From: Mytilus trossulus
Taxonomy: Eukaryota
NCBI RefSeq assembly: GCF_036588685.1
Contig: NC_086383.1
Coordinates: 62,868,001-62,932,000, forward strand
DNA: 64,000 nucleotides
Reading direction: 5' to 3'
A program made the position numbers and the translations under genes. Each line of letters starts with the position of its first letter. Positions within the stretch are counted from its first letter, which is position 1. Positions 26,201 to 37,863 of the stretch are shown one piece after another. The notes below the pieces were generated by a model. That model saw only the letters and a list, made by a program, of their open reading frames with translations. It did no database searches and was not told the DNA's origin.

Positions 26201-27784
26201 TTGGCCCAAAAAAATAACAGTTTGACAATACTGTTAAAATGTAAAATGGTTGTTATTAATTGGAAAGAAGAATGCTTCTGCTACAAAAATATGGGCTGTT
26301 TTTGACAATATAATACACATATATCGGGTACTAACATCATTTAAACATGCAAAATTACTAAAATTTTCACAATTTTAGCATGTTAGTTAAATTTCAGACG
26401 GTTTACCTCTTAAATGAAAGTGGCCGAATGTGTATTCCTTCTTAATATTGAAATGTAAATTGTATGATAATACATAACATATATCATGTATATAAAGACT
26501 GAGGATGAACACAGATGCGGCCACTTTCATTTTTGACAAAACCAATCTGAAAAGTGACACTTTTGACATATTTGATAGATTTTTCAAATTTGAGCTTAGA
26601 TGGGATCGTTGTAAATGACTGAATCAGTTAAAATATTTCACATCAACTAGTTGAATCAACTGAAATAGACACTTTAGTGTTTAAAGGGGCACTAGCTGAC
26701 AAATTCATTGTAACCGATTTGACTCAAATTCTCATATTTGGTTTATAACAATGTAAAACATTTATCCAAACTATAAAAAGTCTAAAATAAACAGTTTACA
26801 GAGCATGGGGTAGATAATATATAGGTTCGTTTCGTGTGTATTTTAGTCCAGACGCCATCTAATTAACTATCGATTTGACCTCAGATGACCATATAAGCGA
26901 TGTAAACAAAAATAAAGATACGAATAGATTAAAACAACACGTGCAATTGCATTTTTATAGGTCTGTTTGATTTGATTTTATAGATTAAAAATAGATGTTT
27001 CTAATTGTTTTTAACCATATAAGAATGATTTTATGTGCATCCAATTAGTAATCAAATGATTTACCGTAGTTTCACTTTCATTGTTGACATTCTTTTTATT
27101 TAAATAACCAGTACACGTACAATGCATGCGTTGTCAATCTCTAGCTAGGGGTTAACTTGAAGTTCACATGAATACCGGTTAGAATGATGATGACGTTTTC
27201 ACTTGCAAGCGAATCAGTCAAAAATTATGTTTAATCGCTTATTTCAACAAAATTAAAGGAAATTGATTGCTAAAAGCAAATTATTATTTCATTATTCCAA
27301 TTTGATTAATGATTGATCTAAAAAAAATCATACTTTATTTTTTTATATATATCGTAGCTAGTGCCCCTTTAAAAAGTATACAAAATCTTTCGTCAGATGA
27401 ACCTGAAATGTGAAACCAAAACCGCTCCCTAACGGACCTACTCCTTTACAAACATTACCATATGATTGATATTTATGTCATTACCGAAGTGCTGACTACT
27501 GGTCAGGTGATATGTACCAAGATGACTTGTGTGTCGAATAAAACTAACCTAGAAGCGAAGCAAAAATTAAAAGATAGATTTAAAAAATACAGACATATGT
27601 TTGTCAAATTTGAAGAATAAGGTTGTTTCGTTGTATTGCAAGACTGTTTGATTTTTTTTTTCAGATCACGATAGAAGGAACCAGAGGTACTCACTTCACA
27701 GGTGACATTGCTATTGATGATTTGATTCTAAAAATATCGAGTCGTTGTTGTAGGAAATGGTACGTCATTATTTCAACATCATAA
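4954..27784 (+). CDS. Gene 1 (whole span): secreted signal peptide + PAN/apple + 4-Cys EGF-like + MAM domain protein, 312-320 aa; join(4954..5292,8295..8382,10283..10389,12172..12301,12727..12905,27665..27784)
   Basis: Six exons with GT-AG boundaries and compatible phases (0,1,0,1,0) give one open frame. MAM motifs CGFE..C, DDFDWTR, TPSSNTGP, GSYYMYTE, FCLSFQYHM and GDIAIDD appear in order. Confidence 0.88.
5251..6572 (+). repeat. 45-bp tandem array (about 18.5 units) derived from the exon 1 3' end plus splice donor, split by an insertion
   Basis: Unit AGTCCAGGACATGTATTAACAGATATCGATAGTTGGACGATGGTA. Seven full units at 5251-5565, one split unit, ten full units at 6087-6536. Explains ORFs 5335..5643 and 6081..6572. 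Confidence 0.97.
5584..6057 (-). mobile_element. SINE-like element with a tRNA-like segment, inserted in the 45-bp array
   Basis: Minus strand 5765-5671 has A-box-like TGGTCGTGTGG and B-box GGTTCGAATCC. The element ends in a (TA)n tract and interrupts one repeat unit at its TATA stretch. Confidence 0.7.
6830..7175 (-). mobile_element. Decayed 3' end of Penelope-like retroelement
   Basis: Colinear with 36160-36530 (GGTGCTCC.GAAG..TAAGCA, TTGTAGTTACGAC, GGAACATATCCG). Confidence 0.65.
8295..8382 (+). CDS. Gene 1 exon 2: 4-Cys EGF-like module
   Basis: AACAG|GAT...TAT G|GTGAGT encodes DSDSCWPNPCPDGTKCALSKSNGDFCLSY, homologous to exon 2 of copies A and B. Not in the ORF track frame. Confidence 0.9.
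9150..9935. repeat. 30-bp minisatellite, about 26 copies, in intron 2
   Basis: Unit CATCGGTATACCGCTGTCGCTGAATTAGAA. Explains ORFs 9288..9608 and 9703..9912. Confidence 0.97.
10117..10160 (+). ncRNA. Type I minimal hammerhead ribozyme motif within a dispersed repeat (about 9940-10200)
   Basis: GCGTCA-CTGATGA-stem II-GAAA-CATGCG-TC-TGTCGT. Catalytic boxes are intact; stems have mismatches. Confidence 0.7.
10283..10389 (+). CDS. Gene 1 exon 3: MAM domain N-terminus
   Basis: GACAG|AC...TTT|GTAAGT encodes (D)CPSVTLHSCGFENENDTSCIFKNSLQDDFDWTRHF. Confidence 0.92.
12172..12301 (+). CDS. Gene 1 exon 4: MAM domain
   Basis: TTTAG|GGT...ACG G|GTATGT encodes GGTPSSNTGPTKAASGSYYMYTEVSNVQNGDRAVLTTQTASLT. 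Confidence 0.92.
12305..12540 (+). repeat. Dispersed SINE-like repeat with core CCTGTACCAAGTCAGGAA and end GAACAGCGGTATACTACTGTTGCCTTTATT
   Basis: Related copies at about 11780-11960 (+), 15100-15200 (-), 38125-38220 (-) and 43710-43990 (-). Confidence 0.7.
12727..12905 (+). CDS. Gene 1 exon 5: MAM domain
   Basis: TTTCAG|CA...GTT|GTAAGT encodes (A)SSFCLSFQYHMKGAPGTLKVFAG...IWEKSG...QWKYVNIQIPQFNNPV. Confidence 0.92.
13711..14433. mobile_element. Non-autonomous TTAA-type (Kolobok-like) DNA transposon
   Basis: 22-bp TIR GGTAGCACAATACAAAGATTTT; flanks are TTTA and TTAA. Confidence 0.8.
17165..18388 (+). mobile_element. 5'-truncated, disabled non-LTR retrotransposon (CR1/L2-like RT C-terminal region)
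   Basis: TLFSIFINDL, LLYADD, KYL, PILDYSSGVWG and FRCGILPL...RLCIFC motifs; in-frame stops; AATAAA followed by a short TTAC-type repeat tail. Confidence 0.9.
20284..20428. mobile_element. Small GC-rich MITE
   Basis: CAGGGGCGGGTCTAG at the left end versus reverse complement of the right end CAGGCGCGGATCCAA. Confidence 0.55.
20649..21707. mobile_element. MITE with about 47-bp TIRs and subterminal palindromic repeats
   Basis: TIR ATGTTCCGGACCATATGAGTATTTGGACCAT.CGCGTATGGT.ATGA; repeated palindrome GACCATACGCGTATGGTC. Confidence 0.85.
24289..25573. mobile_element. Foldback-type element with about 490-bp modular inverted arms
   Basis: 24289-24775 aligns to the reverse complement of 25088-25573. 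The arms are built from degenerate 21-bp units (TGATGTGGTCTTGTCATTCTT). Confidence 0.85.
25980..26023 (-). ncRNA. Type I minimal hammerhead ribozyme motif (best-preserved copy), in repeat about 25940-26165
   Basis: Minus strand GCGTCA-CTGATGA-GTCTTATTTAGTC-GAAA-CGCGCG-TC-TGGCGT. Stem I pairs fully, the GUC cleavage triplet is present, and stem II has one mismatch. Confidence 0.82.
26179..27447. mobile_element. MITE with TAGGTCC-type ends, host of a nested element
   Basis: TAGGTCCAGTAA at the left versus reverse complement TAGGTCCGTTAG at the right; interrupted at a TTAA site. Confidence 0.6.
26685..27368. mobile_element. Nested Kolobok-like MITE
   Basis: TTAA-AGGGGCACTAGCT ... AGCTAGTGCCCCT-TTAA: perfect 13-bp TIR and TTAA TSD. 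Confidence 0.92.
27665..27784 (+). CDS. Gene 1 exon 6: MAM domain C-terminus
   Basis: T-rich TTCAG| acceptor; encodes ITIEGTRGTHFTGDIAIDDLILKISSRCCRK. Ends either by read-through to TAA at 27782-27784 or at donor TG|GTACGT (27759/27760). Confidence 0.88.
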   Translation: MTIEGTRGTHFTGDIAIDDLILKISSRCCRKWYVIISTS

Positions 27785-28496
27785 GAATGCTTCACACCAT
27801 TGTCACTGAATTTTGTGCTAACCTTGAAAAATACCTATACACGATCAAGAACATGGCAGTTATTTTTCACTTGTCAACGTGATTTAAAGTATTTGATTTT
27901 TGTCAGTGTGTATGGCTTTTCCGTTTTCAGTGTGGCTTGTAGATTTGTCTTTTGTTTTTCTGTTTGAGGTTCACAAAAGTAAATTAACTTTTAGTTTTAA
28001 AATTTTCCTCTCTTTTTCTAAATCAACTACATTGTTTTTTTGCATGGCATTCGGTGGCATTGTGGTATATATTTTCATTAAATTTGTCAACAACAAATTA
28101 TTAGCCCCACCATTTTCTTTATGTGACGGTTGAAAAGGTTTAATGTGGATCAATGGTTGACGTTGGCTAATGTCTGTCATATTTGCTTTTCGTATATGAA
28201 AACATAAGCTGTTAGTTTTCTCAATTGAATTGTTTCACATGTAGGGGCTTTTTTATAACCATTTGTAATTATAATTCATGGCCATATTGTTGCCAATAAT
28301 TGCTGCCATTCACCTCATGCTAACTGCGTGGATTTTATCACATCTTCTGGTTTTGATAATGAGTTATTTAGTTTATTAACGGTTGGCACACGAGGATCAA
28401 GACTCCTCCTCTCTTTCAGTTGTTGATGGAAGTTGTGTTAATTAAGGTAGTACAATTTTTAAAATATTAATAAACAAGAGACACTTCTGTAGTTAC

Positions 28497-28712
28497 TAAA
28501 AAGTAAAATCACAAAAATACTGAACTCAGAAGAAAATCAATACGGAAAGTCCATAATCACATGGCAAAATCAAATAACAAAACGCATCAAAAACGAATAG
28601 ACAAGAACTGTCATATTCCTGACTTGTTACAGGCATTTTCAAATGTAGAAAATGGTGGATTAAACCAGGTTCTATAGCGCTAACCCTCTCACTTTAATAA
28701 CAGTCTCATCAA
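28497..28712 (-). repeat. Dispersed repeat, near-identical to the reverse complement of 44480-44692; relatives at 49530-49770 and 53110-53407
   Basis: Shared TTTAATCCACCATTTTCTACATTTGAAAATGCCTGTA.CAAGTCAGGAATATGACAG core and GTGATTTTACTTTT end. Confidence 0.8.
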
Positions 28713-28899
28713 ATTACTAATTCCACCAGAAGAAAACATTACCGTAGCAGTATTTAGAGAAAAAAAGGTAAAAAACATGTTTTGGTTCTCAATGCTTTTC
28801 TACTTCGTTTTTAATTCGTCCTTTTTAACATTTCATGATTCGATCGTCAATGTTGAGTCTTTGAAGATGATACGCGAGATCAATTGCACAGTTCAAATT

Positions 28900-29195
28900 G
28901 GTTATTTTGTATTTCCTATTTGTGGGCATTAAGTTTTTTTATCTGTGTGTTCGTATGCTGTACATTCGTTCTCTCGTCCGTCCGTCTGTCCCGTTTCAGG
29001 TAAAACGTGTTCGGTTAAGCTTTTCGGTTAAAGTTTGTGTCAAGGTAGTTTTTCATGAAGTCAAATCATCTTTAAATTAGTACACATGTTCCTTTTGATA
29101 TGATCTTTGCAATTGTAGTGCCAAATTAGAGTTACTACGTCCCATTTCACGGTCCATCAAGCAGAAAAATAATAGTGCAAGTGGGGAATCAGAAG
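28900..29195 (+). mobile_element. Helentron/HINE-like non-autonomous element, decayed
   Basis: (CGTC)n microsatellite; reverse-complement similarity to 42946-43253. Confidence 0.5.
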
Positions 29196-29584
29196 ATTTT
29201 CTTATTTCGAAAATACAATTAAGATGTTATTGGGAATATCTATAACAGTCGAATAATTCAATATACTAACATTGCTTCTCATCTGTGACGATAATAAAAG
29301 AATCATAACTTGACTTGCTGTTTGTGGTATTGATTTAACTTTAAAAAAAGGTATCACAAGTATTATTGACAGTTTTCAATAGAAAAAAACACAAGTGACA
29401 TAGGAATCTCGTAACATATGAGGATATTAAGATACAACTTCAATTTACCTTAGTTTGAATTTTGTTAAAAAAAAATAGAGTGAATTTGTACAAGTTATCG
29501 GTGTTTTGGCAATTATCCTCTTCTTTATTACATTGGTTGCAATGAATTGTCGGGATTTCCCTTAAAATGAAAACCTATAAAGTA

Positions 29585-29755
29585 CAGCCCTTGGATGGTG
29601 TAAACTTCCCAAAACAACGTGTATGGTGTAATGGTGTATGGTGCAAAGGTGTAACGTGTATGGTGTAATGGTACAAGGTGTATGGTGTAATGGGGTATGG
29701 TGTATGGTGTAATGTTGTATGGTGTTAGTGGGAAGTTTACACCATCCAAGGACTG
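29585..29755. mobile_element. 171-bp Tc1/mariner-type MITE with an internal TGGTGTA microsatellite
   Basis: TA-CAGCCCTTGGATGGTGTAAACTTCCC ... GGGAAGTTTACACCATCCAAGGACTG-TA. Confidence 0.85.
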
Positions 29756-32355
29756 TAACCGTGTATTTCGATCATTTGCTGTCATACAACAATAAATGTT
29801 CGACGACGTCACATATAAACAATTCAGGAATGCGTAGAAAAAGAAACAGTTCCTATTTTTTCTACTTCAATTCTAGTTAAAAGCTGATGGGCAATTTAAT
29901 TAAAAAAATAACTAGATAGAAAATTCAAATATTAAAAAATAATCAACTGATAATTAACTCATGCGCTAATGTGGTTTTATGTCATTCGTTGAATATTTTA
30001 CTATTTCAAAAATGAAAACACTCGAATATTTCTTTTTTTATCACCTATATTGACTTGTTTTATCATTGATATGTTATTGACTTGTTTTATCATTGATATG
30101 TTCATAATTATAAATTAACTGTAATTAATTTCATTTTAGATACACTAAACTTTGAATATTTTAAAACCTAAAGCTGCTTTACCCCAGAAATAGATTACCT
30201 AGGCTGTATTTGTCAAAATGTTATGAATTTTTGGGTCCTCAATGGTCTTCAACTTTAAAGCTTATTTGGCCTTTTTCATTTTTATTTTTATTCGGGCGTC
30301 ACTAATGATTCGTTTTCAGACAAAACGCGCGTTTGGCGTAAATATGAAATTGTATATCCTTGCATCTATGATGAGTTTATTCTGCTAAGTCTAGAAAAAT
30401 GATTGCGTTTTCTTATATAAACTTTCTATCAGTGCAATGTAGTAAATATGTTCGCTGTATTTGGCATTGAATTTGCCAGGTATTCGGAATAATCTTGTTT
30501 TTTTATTTCTGTATAATGAAATTTAAAAAAAAAAGCCGAACTAACAAGCATACGGATCCTTTATATTTGTCTACTTTTCTAGTTCCTTTATTTATATACC
30601 ATCAATTTATAACAGTCTTTTAAAAAGCTGGTTATAGGAAACAGAGTATTAATAGATTCACAAACGGAGATATTGTTTAAACCTTATGTAACACTATGTA
30701 AAATATAATATTTACAATAACATGCATTTATAAATAATGCACATATTTCTTCTTTTTTAGATTCGTTGAGAGAAGAAAAAGAAAATTAAGACTTTTAATG
30801 ATCTTGTAATTGTTATTTTTTGTAAACCTTTATAATTAGCAAGTGATATTTTAATATTAATGTGTATTCATTATTTAATAGTAAGTTATGTACTAACGGC
30901 TTTTACAAGTTACCAAAATAAGTATTTTTTTTAACATCTTTCCAGTCACACCTAATTAATTGGTCTTATTATCATATCTGTCCCTACGTCTGTTGGAATA
31001 ATGATGTGGTCAAATTAATCAACAGGTTATAAAAACGGTAATGATAGGATGTATACAAACATTTGCTACATGGCGGATGGCACATGTGAAACTCTCCATC
31101 CAAGTCACAATTTGTAAAAGAAAAATCATGAAAGGTCTACGAACTTCAGGCTATAAAGGGCCGTAAAATTACAATACTAGTGTGAAACCATACAAAAGGG
31201 TAAACCAACGGCCAAATATCTATTCAAAACGAGAAAATGTTTTGAAAAAAAACTTCATTATGGTTGACCTCAAAACAAGAACTAGTCAAATAGTATCGTA
31301 ACATTTATTGACTGATAATATTGAATGTTGTCAGTTCTTTGTTGGTGTATTTTTTTACTAAGATATTAAACAGTTCTTAATGCACAGTATGATGTATGTT
31401 TGAGTGTAATGAATTACCAATATCAATGTATTGATCAATTTGAGTTTGATTGTCATGCGCATAAACTTTTAACTAATATGTTCTATTATGTTCGAATCAG
31501 ACGTAATGGTTATGTGAGCATTTCCAGCTAGGCTTAAGGTCGTACGGTCACGTACATTTGTTAAGATCTGTGTGATTTAGCCTATCGTAGAGTGTTGTCT
31601 TATTGTCACACAAACCACATAAACTCTTTTACATGTAATATTACTCAATCAACGTCTTGACAAATATCTATTTTCGTACGAATAGCATGGCTAATTTAGA
31701 GTAAACATCAGTAGCAGCTAAGTAGGTTATTGATACTTAATTTTATTTCTGGCATCCACACAGCCTCATATCATTATAAAGTCACAATTTCTTTTCCTTT
31801 AGTTGTTTCCATTTCTTTGCGCAGAGCTTTACGTGTGTCTTTTTCAACTTATGAGGTTGAATTTCGTTGTTTTATCTTTCGGCTTTCTTCTTCAATAAAG
31901 TCATCTGGTATTGTTTTACATAATGTTATCTTTTTAATAAGTGTATGTTCTGTGTTATTATAAGATACAACGTTGACTCCAAATAAGTTAAATGTTGCTA
32001 ACATCTTAGATTATGTTCGTGCTTTTTCATAGCAATATATAGTACCATTTTAACGAAGATTTTGTTTTAAATTCCGATTATATAAATAGATCATCTACAA
32101 AATGAACACTTTTAGTTCAAATAAAAATGGTAGAATTCCAATTGATGGTTTCTTATTATTTGTTGAATATTAATTAATTAAGAAAAGACTAGATAATATA
32201 TTTTACGTTAATATTGACTTAGCAATTTTAAATACTGCACGAACCTTTCGATTTCAGCTGTTCTTTTGACATTTTTGCACAATTAGGAACGGTCAATATT
32301 CAAAAATTGTATTATATCAGAGAAACCAAGATGTTACGATAATATCACCGCCTCT

Positions 32356-32567
32356 CTTTATTCTATTTCATCTTAATATGCAAAATTCTTTATTGTATAA
32401 TTTACTTTTGTAATTTGTATATCAAGTAATTAGCATGCGTATTTTAGTCGGGGTTAACGTTCTGAACTTTATTCTATTTCATCTTAATATGCATAATTCT
32501 TTATTGTATAATTTGCTCTTGTAATGTGTATATCAAGTAATTAGCATGCGTATTTTAGTCGGGGTTA
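32356..32567. repeat. Direct tandem duplication, period 111 bp
   Basis: CTTTATTCTATTTCATCTTAATATGCA...TAGTCGGGGTTA at 32356 and again at 32467. Confidence 0.9.
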
Positions 32568-34388
32568 TATTTGTATTGATTTTATAGTTTAATAATTTTA
32601 TGCACTAAAGGAATAGCGGAGAAAATCCAAAAAATACCCAATAAAAGATTCTGTGTGTTTTATTTTAGTGTTTCTGTTGTGTTGTTGTTCTCCTCTTAGA
32701 AATGTCTCAATATCTTTAATTGTTTTTACATAGGCGGTAATGGTAACGTTTTTTCCTGTAGCTCAGTCCATATCGTAAACTTGGATATGTATGATAGCTC
32801 GTTTCGAAGCTGTGACATTTTCACATATGTTGTTAAATTTTCGGGGTACGAAGTGAGATTACTTTTTCTGTAAATTAACAAACCCCGAACATCCTCATGT
32901 GATGCGGCCCCTTGTGGTAAAATATCCCATTTTTAACATTATAAGTTCTTTGAAAATTTAATACTTTGAACACATTCAATAGCTCCATAGTTTTTACACA
33001 TTTATTCTATGTTCCTCTACTTTCATAATCGCCACAAATAACTAAATTCAGTCATTTGTTAAAAATAGAAACATGTCCAATATCACTACACAGAGATTTT
33101 TTCTTTACACGTGACTTTTGGGTTCCTCATTTCGAGGTGCATTAGGGATGTTTTCCCATATTGCAATCCATAGTTCTGATTTTTCTAAATATTTTTGTGT
33201 GATCTTCATTGGTATGACATTCTGAATAAATCTGTATTTTTGTCTATTTCTGAAAAAAATAAAGTTGTTTCAGCACTATAAGGCAATGACACTTTTATCG
33301 GTATATTTATTTATTTTGAATACAAATTGTATGCATAATTAATTTCTTCCAGTATACCTTCACTAGTCAAAAGAAGGACAAAACATCTGAATGTGACCTT
33401 ATATTACAATACACAGACCCTGTTAAAGCATTCAATAAAAATTTCTGGGGCCTAAAAGTGCATATTGACAGAGAAATTTTACAAAAATGAAGATTACATA
33501 AAAAACCACCAAAATACTTCTAGCCAGTGGGAATCTGGTATTTTATACTGTAGAAACCACTATAAACTACTGTAAAAGTCATTTGAATCATATAATTAGA
33601 GTGCAATGAAGTGCAAATTTTCAAAACTTGTTCTTTCACATAATTCTATTTGAGAAAAAAATGTTTTTTACATGTATTTTTGTTCAGTGAAAATCCTTTA
33701 TCAGTGAGAAATCTGCATGAGGTTTTAAAGGAAACATTGCGACATCACACGTAGTATGGCGTCATTAAATAACAACATATCAAAATACGGATAATTAAAG
33801 TTTACAGTGTTACATGAGGAACAGTTGCCGCAAGGTTTAACTTGAAATATGGAGTCGAAAAGATCAGTAACCAAGCATTTTCATTCAATACCAAGACCAT
33901 AGAAACAGTTTTCATATCAGTATACTTTTAACAAACCGACTGTAATTTGAATTGCATTAATACCATAAATAAACAATTTAGATCTTGCCAAATAAAACAA
34001 AATGCTTATCAGTTATTCGGGACTTTTTAAAACCTTTAGTTTGCCATCTCAGGTTAAAAAAGTAATGTTATGTCTGGAACTGAAATATGACAAAAAATTA
34101 CTCAGGCTGTGTTATTATTTCGTTTAGATACATAAGTATCATATTGAGAGAGGAAAAATCAAATTCTTGAAAGTTTTATCGCAAAGAAAAAAAAATGCTT
34201 TTCCCTTGTGGCTTAAAAACCTTCATTTGAATCTTTAATATTAGAAGCAGCGAGTGTTAGCTAACTAGCTCAATATTGTTTTCAAAAGGTTTGTTGAACC
34301 TCCCCCTTTTTCACTGAGAAAAGACAATATCTTGTAATTTGCTAGTGTACATTAAAAGTAAAAATTCATGATTGTCTTAATACATGTT

Positions 34389-34770
34389 CATAAAATTGAG
34401 AATGGAATTGGGGAATGTGTCAAAGAGACAACTACCCGACCAAATAGAAGAAAGGTCACCAACAGGTTTTCAATGTAGCGAGAATTTCCAGCACCCGGAG
34501 GCGTCCTGTAGCTGGCCCCTAAACAAATATATACTAGTTCAGTTATAATGAACGCCACACTTATTTCCAAATTGTACACACGAAACTAAAATTAAAAAAA
34601 TACAAGACTAACAAAGGTCAGAGGCTCCTGACTTAAGACAGGCGCAAAAATGCGGCGTGGTTAAACTTTACCTCTAGCCAATGTATAAAAGTAAACGCAT
34701 AACAATACGCACATTAAAATTCAGTTTAAAAGAAGTCCGAGTCTGATGTCAGAAGATGTAACCAAAGAAA
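34389..34770 (-). repeat. Dispersed SINE-like repeat ending GTCTCTTTGACACATTCCCCATT.CCATT.TCAATTTT
   Basis: Related copies at about 19005-19112 (+) and 57015-57350 (+). Confidence 0.7.
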
Positions 34771-35134
34771 ATAAATAAATACCTTAATTTCAAGATCAAA
34801 TTAAGTACTGTAAAATACAGGTATCTAAATATTAAAATAACTTTAAGGTAACAAAATAGTACTGAATATTAAAAGTAAATTTCTAGTACTGAAGAATTTT
34901 AGTACAGAAATAGTACCTATGCAAAATTGGCTGTGTAGCTACATTTAGAAGAAACAAATAACAGTGGCATTTCCAAGTCACTTGTCATTAACTGCACATT
35001 TCTGTATACTTTAATTTTGGCTGACGTTATTTTGTTATGAGCCCATCGACATAATTTAGTCATGTGACCGTAACGTCATCAACATTTTTTCATGGTTTTC
35101 TACGGTTTAAAATGGAATTGATAATTAAATTATG

Positions 35135-35287
35135 AGAAATGACTGTAATATTTCTTCTGTCTATTCGAAATAACATAAAAAATGTGGAGCACACTGTTAA
35201 ATTACCCGCTACGCGCGTTATTCAGTGTGCACCAATTTTTGTATGCTATTTAATCATAGACAGAAAAAATTATAACAGTCATTCCTT
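35135..35287. mobile_element. Hairpin (palindromic) MITE
   Basis: AATGACTGT...TCTGTCTAT...GCACACTG mirrored by CAGTGTGC...ATAGACAGA...ACAGTCATT. Relatives at about 24184, 41140-41280 and 55825-55960. Confidence 0.7.
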
Positions 35288-35366
35288 AAATACAATCAAT
35301 CTGAGTATAATACCCTTAAATTTATAAATTGAACAAATTTCGTAAACATGTTTCAAAGATAAATAC

Positions 35367-35545
35367 CGATTGCATTGGTGTCCGTAAAAAATACGAAGGC
35401 TTGATTTCAACTTCATCATTTTGAACTCTCGATTTACTATCTCCCTTTTCAGCAGCAATCCTCTATCTAAGAAATCATGATAGGAAACACAAGCCCAGGA
35501 ATATCGTGTCAATTTGGAGATATGTACTCCGTTTGCTGCTAGAAT
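35367..35545 (-). mobile_element. Penelope-like RT fragment
   Basis: GVHISKLTRYSWAC...DFLDRGLLL...KLKSSLRIFYG matches the other copies. Confidence 0.75.
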
Positions 35546-36159
35546 GTTGGCCGTTCGACACAAACCGTGAATATAATGTGGGGTGACAAAAGGACAAGTA
35601 CAAAGCAGGTACGGTAGTTTATCTTCGAGGAAAAGAGACAGTGATTGTGTTAACAGTTTAAAAATGTCCAATGAAGTCTTAAGCATCACTAGTTAAATAA
35701 AAAATGGGAATAAATTTAACACAAACGATAACAAAAATAAAGCATTAAACAGCAATTCAAGAATAAGTCTAAATATATTTTTTTCAAAATTAAAAACATA
35801 CCAAAGTCGTTTTCATCCTTCTTTACCCTACAATAAACTTTACTAGGAGTCATTGATTGCGCAATATCGTGCACATTTCAAAAACGCTCACGTAAATTAA
35901 TTCCGTCATGTGTTAAAACAGTTATTAGCCAATCAAATCGATATATAGGATTAAATGTGCACCGCTCGTATGAGCCTTTAACACGAACTTATCGTCGTTT
36001 GGGTTAATTATAGTCATCGAAGTCGTACTGATTAAATCCTATATACCGACTTGCTTGATCAATAAATATAACCATTGAACAAACTTCTTTAGGTCAGATT
36101 GTCAAATTGGTATAGTATTTGTCAAGACTTTTAGGAATGTTGGTCCTCAATGCTTTTCA

Positions 36160-37056
36160 AAGAGGGACGAAATATACCAAAGGGACAGTCAAACTCACAA
36201 ATCTAAAACAAACTGACAACGTCAAAGCTAAAAATGAAAAGGAAAAACAGAAAAAACAATAGTACACATGACATAACATAGAAAACTAAAGAATAAACAA
36301 CACAAACCCCACCAAAAACTAGGGGTGATCTTAGGTGCTCCTGAAGGGTAAGCAGATCCTGCTCCACATGTGGTACCCGTCGTGTTACATATGTGTTTAC
36401 AAATCCGATAAATAGTCTAATTCGGTAGGTCAGGGGAAAGGGAAGGGGATTGTAGTTACGACGTAAGAAACATATCCGATATCATTTGTGAAACGGTTAT
36501 TCCATAACAGTTAACCAACTCGTGATAGCGTCCGTAAAATTTACGAAGGGATGGTTTCAACTTCACCATTCGGAACTATTGGTTTACTAGGTTCCTTGTG
36601 AGCAGCAACCCTTAACCAGGAAAATCATGAAAGGAAATGCAAGCACGGGAATATCGTATCAATTGGGAGATATATACCCCGTATGCAGGTGCTGTTGGAC
36701 TGTTGCTACTTAGAAATGGAAAGTTTACAATTGGAAAGCTGAAATCATCTCTTTTGTCGTAAAGTTTTGTTTTCAACCGACCCTCATTGTCAATTTCTAG
36801 ATGTAAGTCAAGATATGAAGCCGACTTAACTGTATCTGTAGTATCCTTTATCTCTAGTTCGATGGGATAGATGCGTTCCACATAGTCACCAAATTTTGAA
36901 TTGTTTAGTGACAGAACATCATCTATATAGCGGAAAGTAGAGTTAAAGGATATTGCTAACTTCTTCCTAAGAAGTTCCTGCATGAAGTAAGCCTCATAAT
37001 AATAAAGAAACAAGTCGGCAAGTAGAGGGGCACAGTTTGTTCCAATTTGAATGCCA
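36160..37056 (-). mobile_element. 5'-truncated Penelope-like retroelement (RT C-terminal half + 3' UTR)
   Basis: GIQIGTNCAPLLADLFL, FRYIDDVL and LYDKRDDFSFPIVNFPFLSSN...AYGVYISQLIRYSRAC. No C-terminal GIY-YIG domain before the 3' end. Confidence 0.85.
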
Positions 37057-37863
37057 ACTTCGTACTTTATTTGCCCTTTTTAACTTTTAAGGATTCGAGC
37101 GTCACTGCATAGTCTTTTGTAGACGCAACGCGCATGTATCTAGCGTAAATATAAAATGTAATCCTGATATTTTAGATGAGTTTATGTATAACATATATGC
37201 CAATACAATAAGCCCGTTCATTGAAATATAAGTAAAACACCAAGAAAACAATGGAAAAAAGTTCACTTTATACTTAACTATTTCATCAGTTATGAATCGT
37301 TTAAAGGAAAATATGTTTCATATAACCCAAAGAAATAGTTCTGCATGATATGTGCCTTGTACAGTGTATTTAAAATACTAAAAAAGGCATATAATATCAT
37401 TGCTGTTTATGAAATGTTTGTCATATACTCCCTGACTTTGTATTTTAACTTTTTAATGTTGTTATTTATTTATATTTTTTTTTTGGGGGGGGGGGGGGGG
37501 GGGCTGGCGTCACTGCTGAATCCTTTGTAGAAGAGATGCGCGACTGGCGCAAATACAAAATTTCAATCGTTGTATTTATGATGAGTAATACATGACCGAA
37601 CAGTTCTTTAACATTTAAGTTATCATATTTCGTGTTTAACTTTATAGTTATGTTGAGTCTGATTGGTTTGGCTATATATTTCAATCAGCTAGGAAATATA
37701 TACAACATACAAACCTTGAAGAGTTGTATAATATGACAGGACCTTGACATATAATATGTAAAAGTTTGTTATACAATATGAAACAATGTGATATTTCTTT
37801 GGTTTAAGTCACTAAAGAAGTTTTAACAATAAATTTTTTCCAAGACTAATTCATATTTTCTGT

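Noticed and set aside
32700-33800. Possible non-autonomous DNA transposon
   Set aside because: Composition looks repeat-like, but I could not identify TIRs or a TSD.
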